Shown in pieces: positions 62,558 to 64,000 of a stretch of DNA of 64,000 bases (position 1 is its first letter; every line of letters starts with the position of its first letter). Source of the DNA: Verrucomicrobiota bacterium (GTDB lineage: Bacteria > Verrucomicrobiota > Verrucomicrobiia > Limisphaerales > UBA11358); the NCBI GenBank assembly GCA_050012035.1, contig JBEKHY010000005.1, positions 2,871-66,870 of the forward strand. The letters run 5' to 3'. The position numbers were made by a program, and so were the translations under genes. The notes beneath the pieces are model-generated. The model ran no database searches and was not told the origin of the DNA. It saw only the letters and a program-made list of their open reading frames with translations.

Positions 62558-62632
62558 CGGACAGCTTGTCCGTGAGTTGGAGTTCAAGCCTTGGCTTGTT
62601 TTCCCGACGCAGGCTGAAGCCTGAACTCCAAC
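62558..62632. repeat. Hairpin pair between convergent genes
   Basis: CGGACA-GCT-TGTCCG (62558-62572). GTTGGAGTTCAAGCCTTGGCTTG (62576-62598) pairs imperfectly with CAGGCTGAAGCCTGAACTCCAAC (62610-62632). Confidence 0.65.
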
Positions 62633-62672
62633 GCGAATTTGTGTCTCCGAACCAAAAACATACTCATAATCG

Positions 62673-63449
62673 TCAACGCCGGCGGACACTGATCCGGTCG
62701 CCGATTTTCAGCCGGAAGCGTTTGGCGGCTGAACCGCCGTTGACGGCGATTTCCAAAAAACCGCTGGCGCCGGGCACGGCCACCGCCTGGCCTGCCGGCA
62801 CAGATTGATAAAATGCTTTCATCTGACAAAGCCGCCTGCGTCCGAGAAAAACTTCCAGACGGCTTTGCGCGTCCCAATCCGCGTGTTCGATGTTCGTAAT
62901 CGCGTTGCCGAACCGGTCAATGAAAACCACTTCACCTTCAATCCGGTTCCCCCGCATGCGCGGTTGGGGCCAGGGCAACCAGACAAAATTCTTTTGCGCC
63001 GGTCCCAGTTTGCGGACCGGCAAGCCGCAGCTCAAATGGGCCGCGACCGGAGCGAAGATGTCGCGTCCGTGAAAGGTATGACTGACCGGCTGCAAAAGGT
63101 AATTTGCATTTTCGAGCCGGTGGACCGATCTGATTTTTTCCTTCGTCAAAGCCCACGATAACACGCCGTTGTCCGGCCCCGCGAAAAGGTAATTTCCCGT
63201 TTGCACGGCAATGGCCCTGCGTGTGCTGCCAACGCCCGGGTCCACCACGGCGACATGCACCGTTCCTTTTGGGAAGAACCGATAGCCAGCCGCCAGGGCA
63301 AATGCTCCCGCGCGAATGTCGCCCGGCGGAATTTCATGCGTGATATCCACGATGGCCGCGCGCGGGGCGATGCTCAGGATGACGCCCTTCATCGCGCCAG
63401 CGAACCAATCCTGCGTCCCGAAATCGGTGGTCAGGGTGATGATTTGCAC
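62673..63449 (-). CDS. DUF62 / SAM hydroxide adenosyltransferase-family protein (SAM hydrolase, fluorinase-chlorinase superfamily)
   Basis: N-terminus IITLTTDFGTQDWFAGAMKGVI. Overall length and pattern match the DUF62 family. Confidence 0.75.
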   Translation of the reverse strand: MQIITLTTDFGTQDWFAGAMKGVILSIAPRAAIVDITHEIPPGDIRAGAFALAAGYRFFPKGTVHVAVVDPGVGSTRRAIAVQTGNYLFAGPDNGVLSWALTKEKIRSVHRLENANYLLQPVSHTFHGRDIFAPVAAHLSCGLPVRKLGPAQKNFVWLPWPQPRMRGNRIEGEVVFIDRFGNAITNIEHADWDAQSRLEVFLGRRRLCQMKAFYQSVPAGQAVAVPGASGFLEIAVNGGSAAKRFRLKIGDRISVRRR

Positions 63450-63498
63450 ACACGAAGATTACCTTGAGCCGCACCCGGTTGAAATCCAGAATCGAACC

Positions 63499-64000
63499 AT
63501 GCCCCGCGGTAAAACCATTCTAATTACCGGGGTTACGCGCGGCCTTGGCCGCGCGATGACGGAGGAATTCATCCGGCTCGGTCAGGTTGTCCTCGGTTGC
63601 AGCCGTTCGGAAAAGGAAATCGCGCAGTTGCAAAAAAAATTTGGCGCACCACACGATTTTGAAGTTGTGGATGTGGCGGACGATGCCCAGGTTGCAGCCT
63701 GGGCGAAACGGGTTTTGGCATCTCACAGCGCACCGGATTTGTTGCTGAACAACGCCGCACTCATCAACCGCAACGCGCTACTCTGGGAAGTCCCCGCAAA
63801 GGATTTTCCCGACGTGATTGACGTGAATATCAAAGGCGTGGCGAACGTCATCCGGCATTTCGTTCCGGCAATGGTCTGGCGCAAGAGCGGTGTCATCGTG
63901 AATTTCAGTTCCGGCTGGGGACGCTCTACCGATACGGAAGTGGCGCCGTATTGCGCGACGAAATGGGCGATTGAGGGGCTGACACAGGCGCTGGCGCAGG
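63499..64000 (+). CDS. Short-chain dehydrogenase/reductase, 3-prime truncated by the window edge
   Basis: My own translation from the ATG at 63499: MPRGKTILITGVTRGLGRAM...NFSSGWG...YCATKWAIEGL (TGxxxGxG, S, YxxxK). The ORF runs off the window. Confidence 0.75.
   Translation, partial: MPRGKTILITGVTRGLGRAMTEEFIRLGQVVLGCSRSEKEIAQLQKKFGAPHDFEVVDVADDAQVAAWAKRVLASHSAPDLLLNNAALINRNALLWEVPAKDFPDVIDVNIKGVANVIRHFVPAMVWRKSGVIVNFSSGWGRSTDTEVAPYCATKWAIEGLTQALAQ

Noticed and set aside
1-64000. Scan for tRNA, rRNA, tmRNA, RNase P, CRISPR arrays, transposases, integrases, reverse transcriptases (retron, DGR, group II intron) and Cas-like genes
   Set aside because: I saw none by eye: no GGTTCGAATCC-type T-arms, no regularly spaced repeats, and no YADD or DDE/DEDD-type ORFs. 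Dedicated tools (tRNAscan-SE, Infernal, CRISPRCasFinder, ISEScan) should confirm this.

Overview
This is a 64-kb high-G+C bacterial chromosomal segment. Gene content and the many dispersed GC-rich hairpin repeats suggest a PVC-group or Verrucomicrobia-like organism, but that is a guess and no search was run. I can support about 60 CDSs. I found no rRNA, tRNA, CRISPR array, transposase, integrase or reverse transcriptase. Most other long ORFs in the track are Arg/Ala/Gly/Pro-rich antisense shadows of real genes. Layout: (1) 0-13.4 kb is mainly housekeeping: a Bpt-like transferase, alr, a divergent PurD-like ATP-grasp enzyme, thiH-thiS, infA, a beta-CASP RNase and a NUDIX hydrolase. It also holds a tandem pair of unusual polytopic membrane proteins. 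(2) 13.4-32.9 kb is a large envelope-glycan locus. It encodes a nucleotide-sugar dehydrogenase, a KASIII/ACP/ketoreductase trio, an LbH N-acyltransferase, a DegT aminotransferase, an extended SDR, two GT2 enzymes, four GT-C-like membrane proteins (two of them tandem paralogs), a frameshifted yajQ, and a divergent SDR plus GMC flavoprotein carrying a ferredoxin-type Cys motif. (3) 33-36 kb holds a RACo-like 2Fe-2S/ASKHA corrinoid activase next to a MetH-activation-domain protein with an extra C-terminal domain. (4) 36-41.7 kb is a visibly lower-G+C accessory island. It contains an iteron-like triple repeat, a 28-bp inverted repeat, zinc-ribbon proteins, a Sel1 protein, HicAB, and an 863-bp two-gene segment bounded by 29-bp inverted repeats. 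(5) 41.9-55 kb encodes xylan side-chain esterases (SGNH, CE15, CE7) and a Weimberg-type lower pathway with C2/C3 salvage genes. (6) 55.6-64 kb holds ribBA, a sensorless histidine kinase, HtrA, a CbpA-like protein, a DUF62 protein and an SDR. This block includes a roughly 1.1-1.3 kb tandem segmental duplication that created a second FKBP gene and a chimeric HtrA-leader::kinase-tail ORF. The best candidates for something new are the IR-bounded cassette and island, the ACP-dependent amino-sugar/GT-C glycan locus, and the RACo plus MetH-activation pair. All functional calls rest on motif recognition from memory, not database searches.
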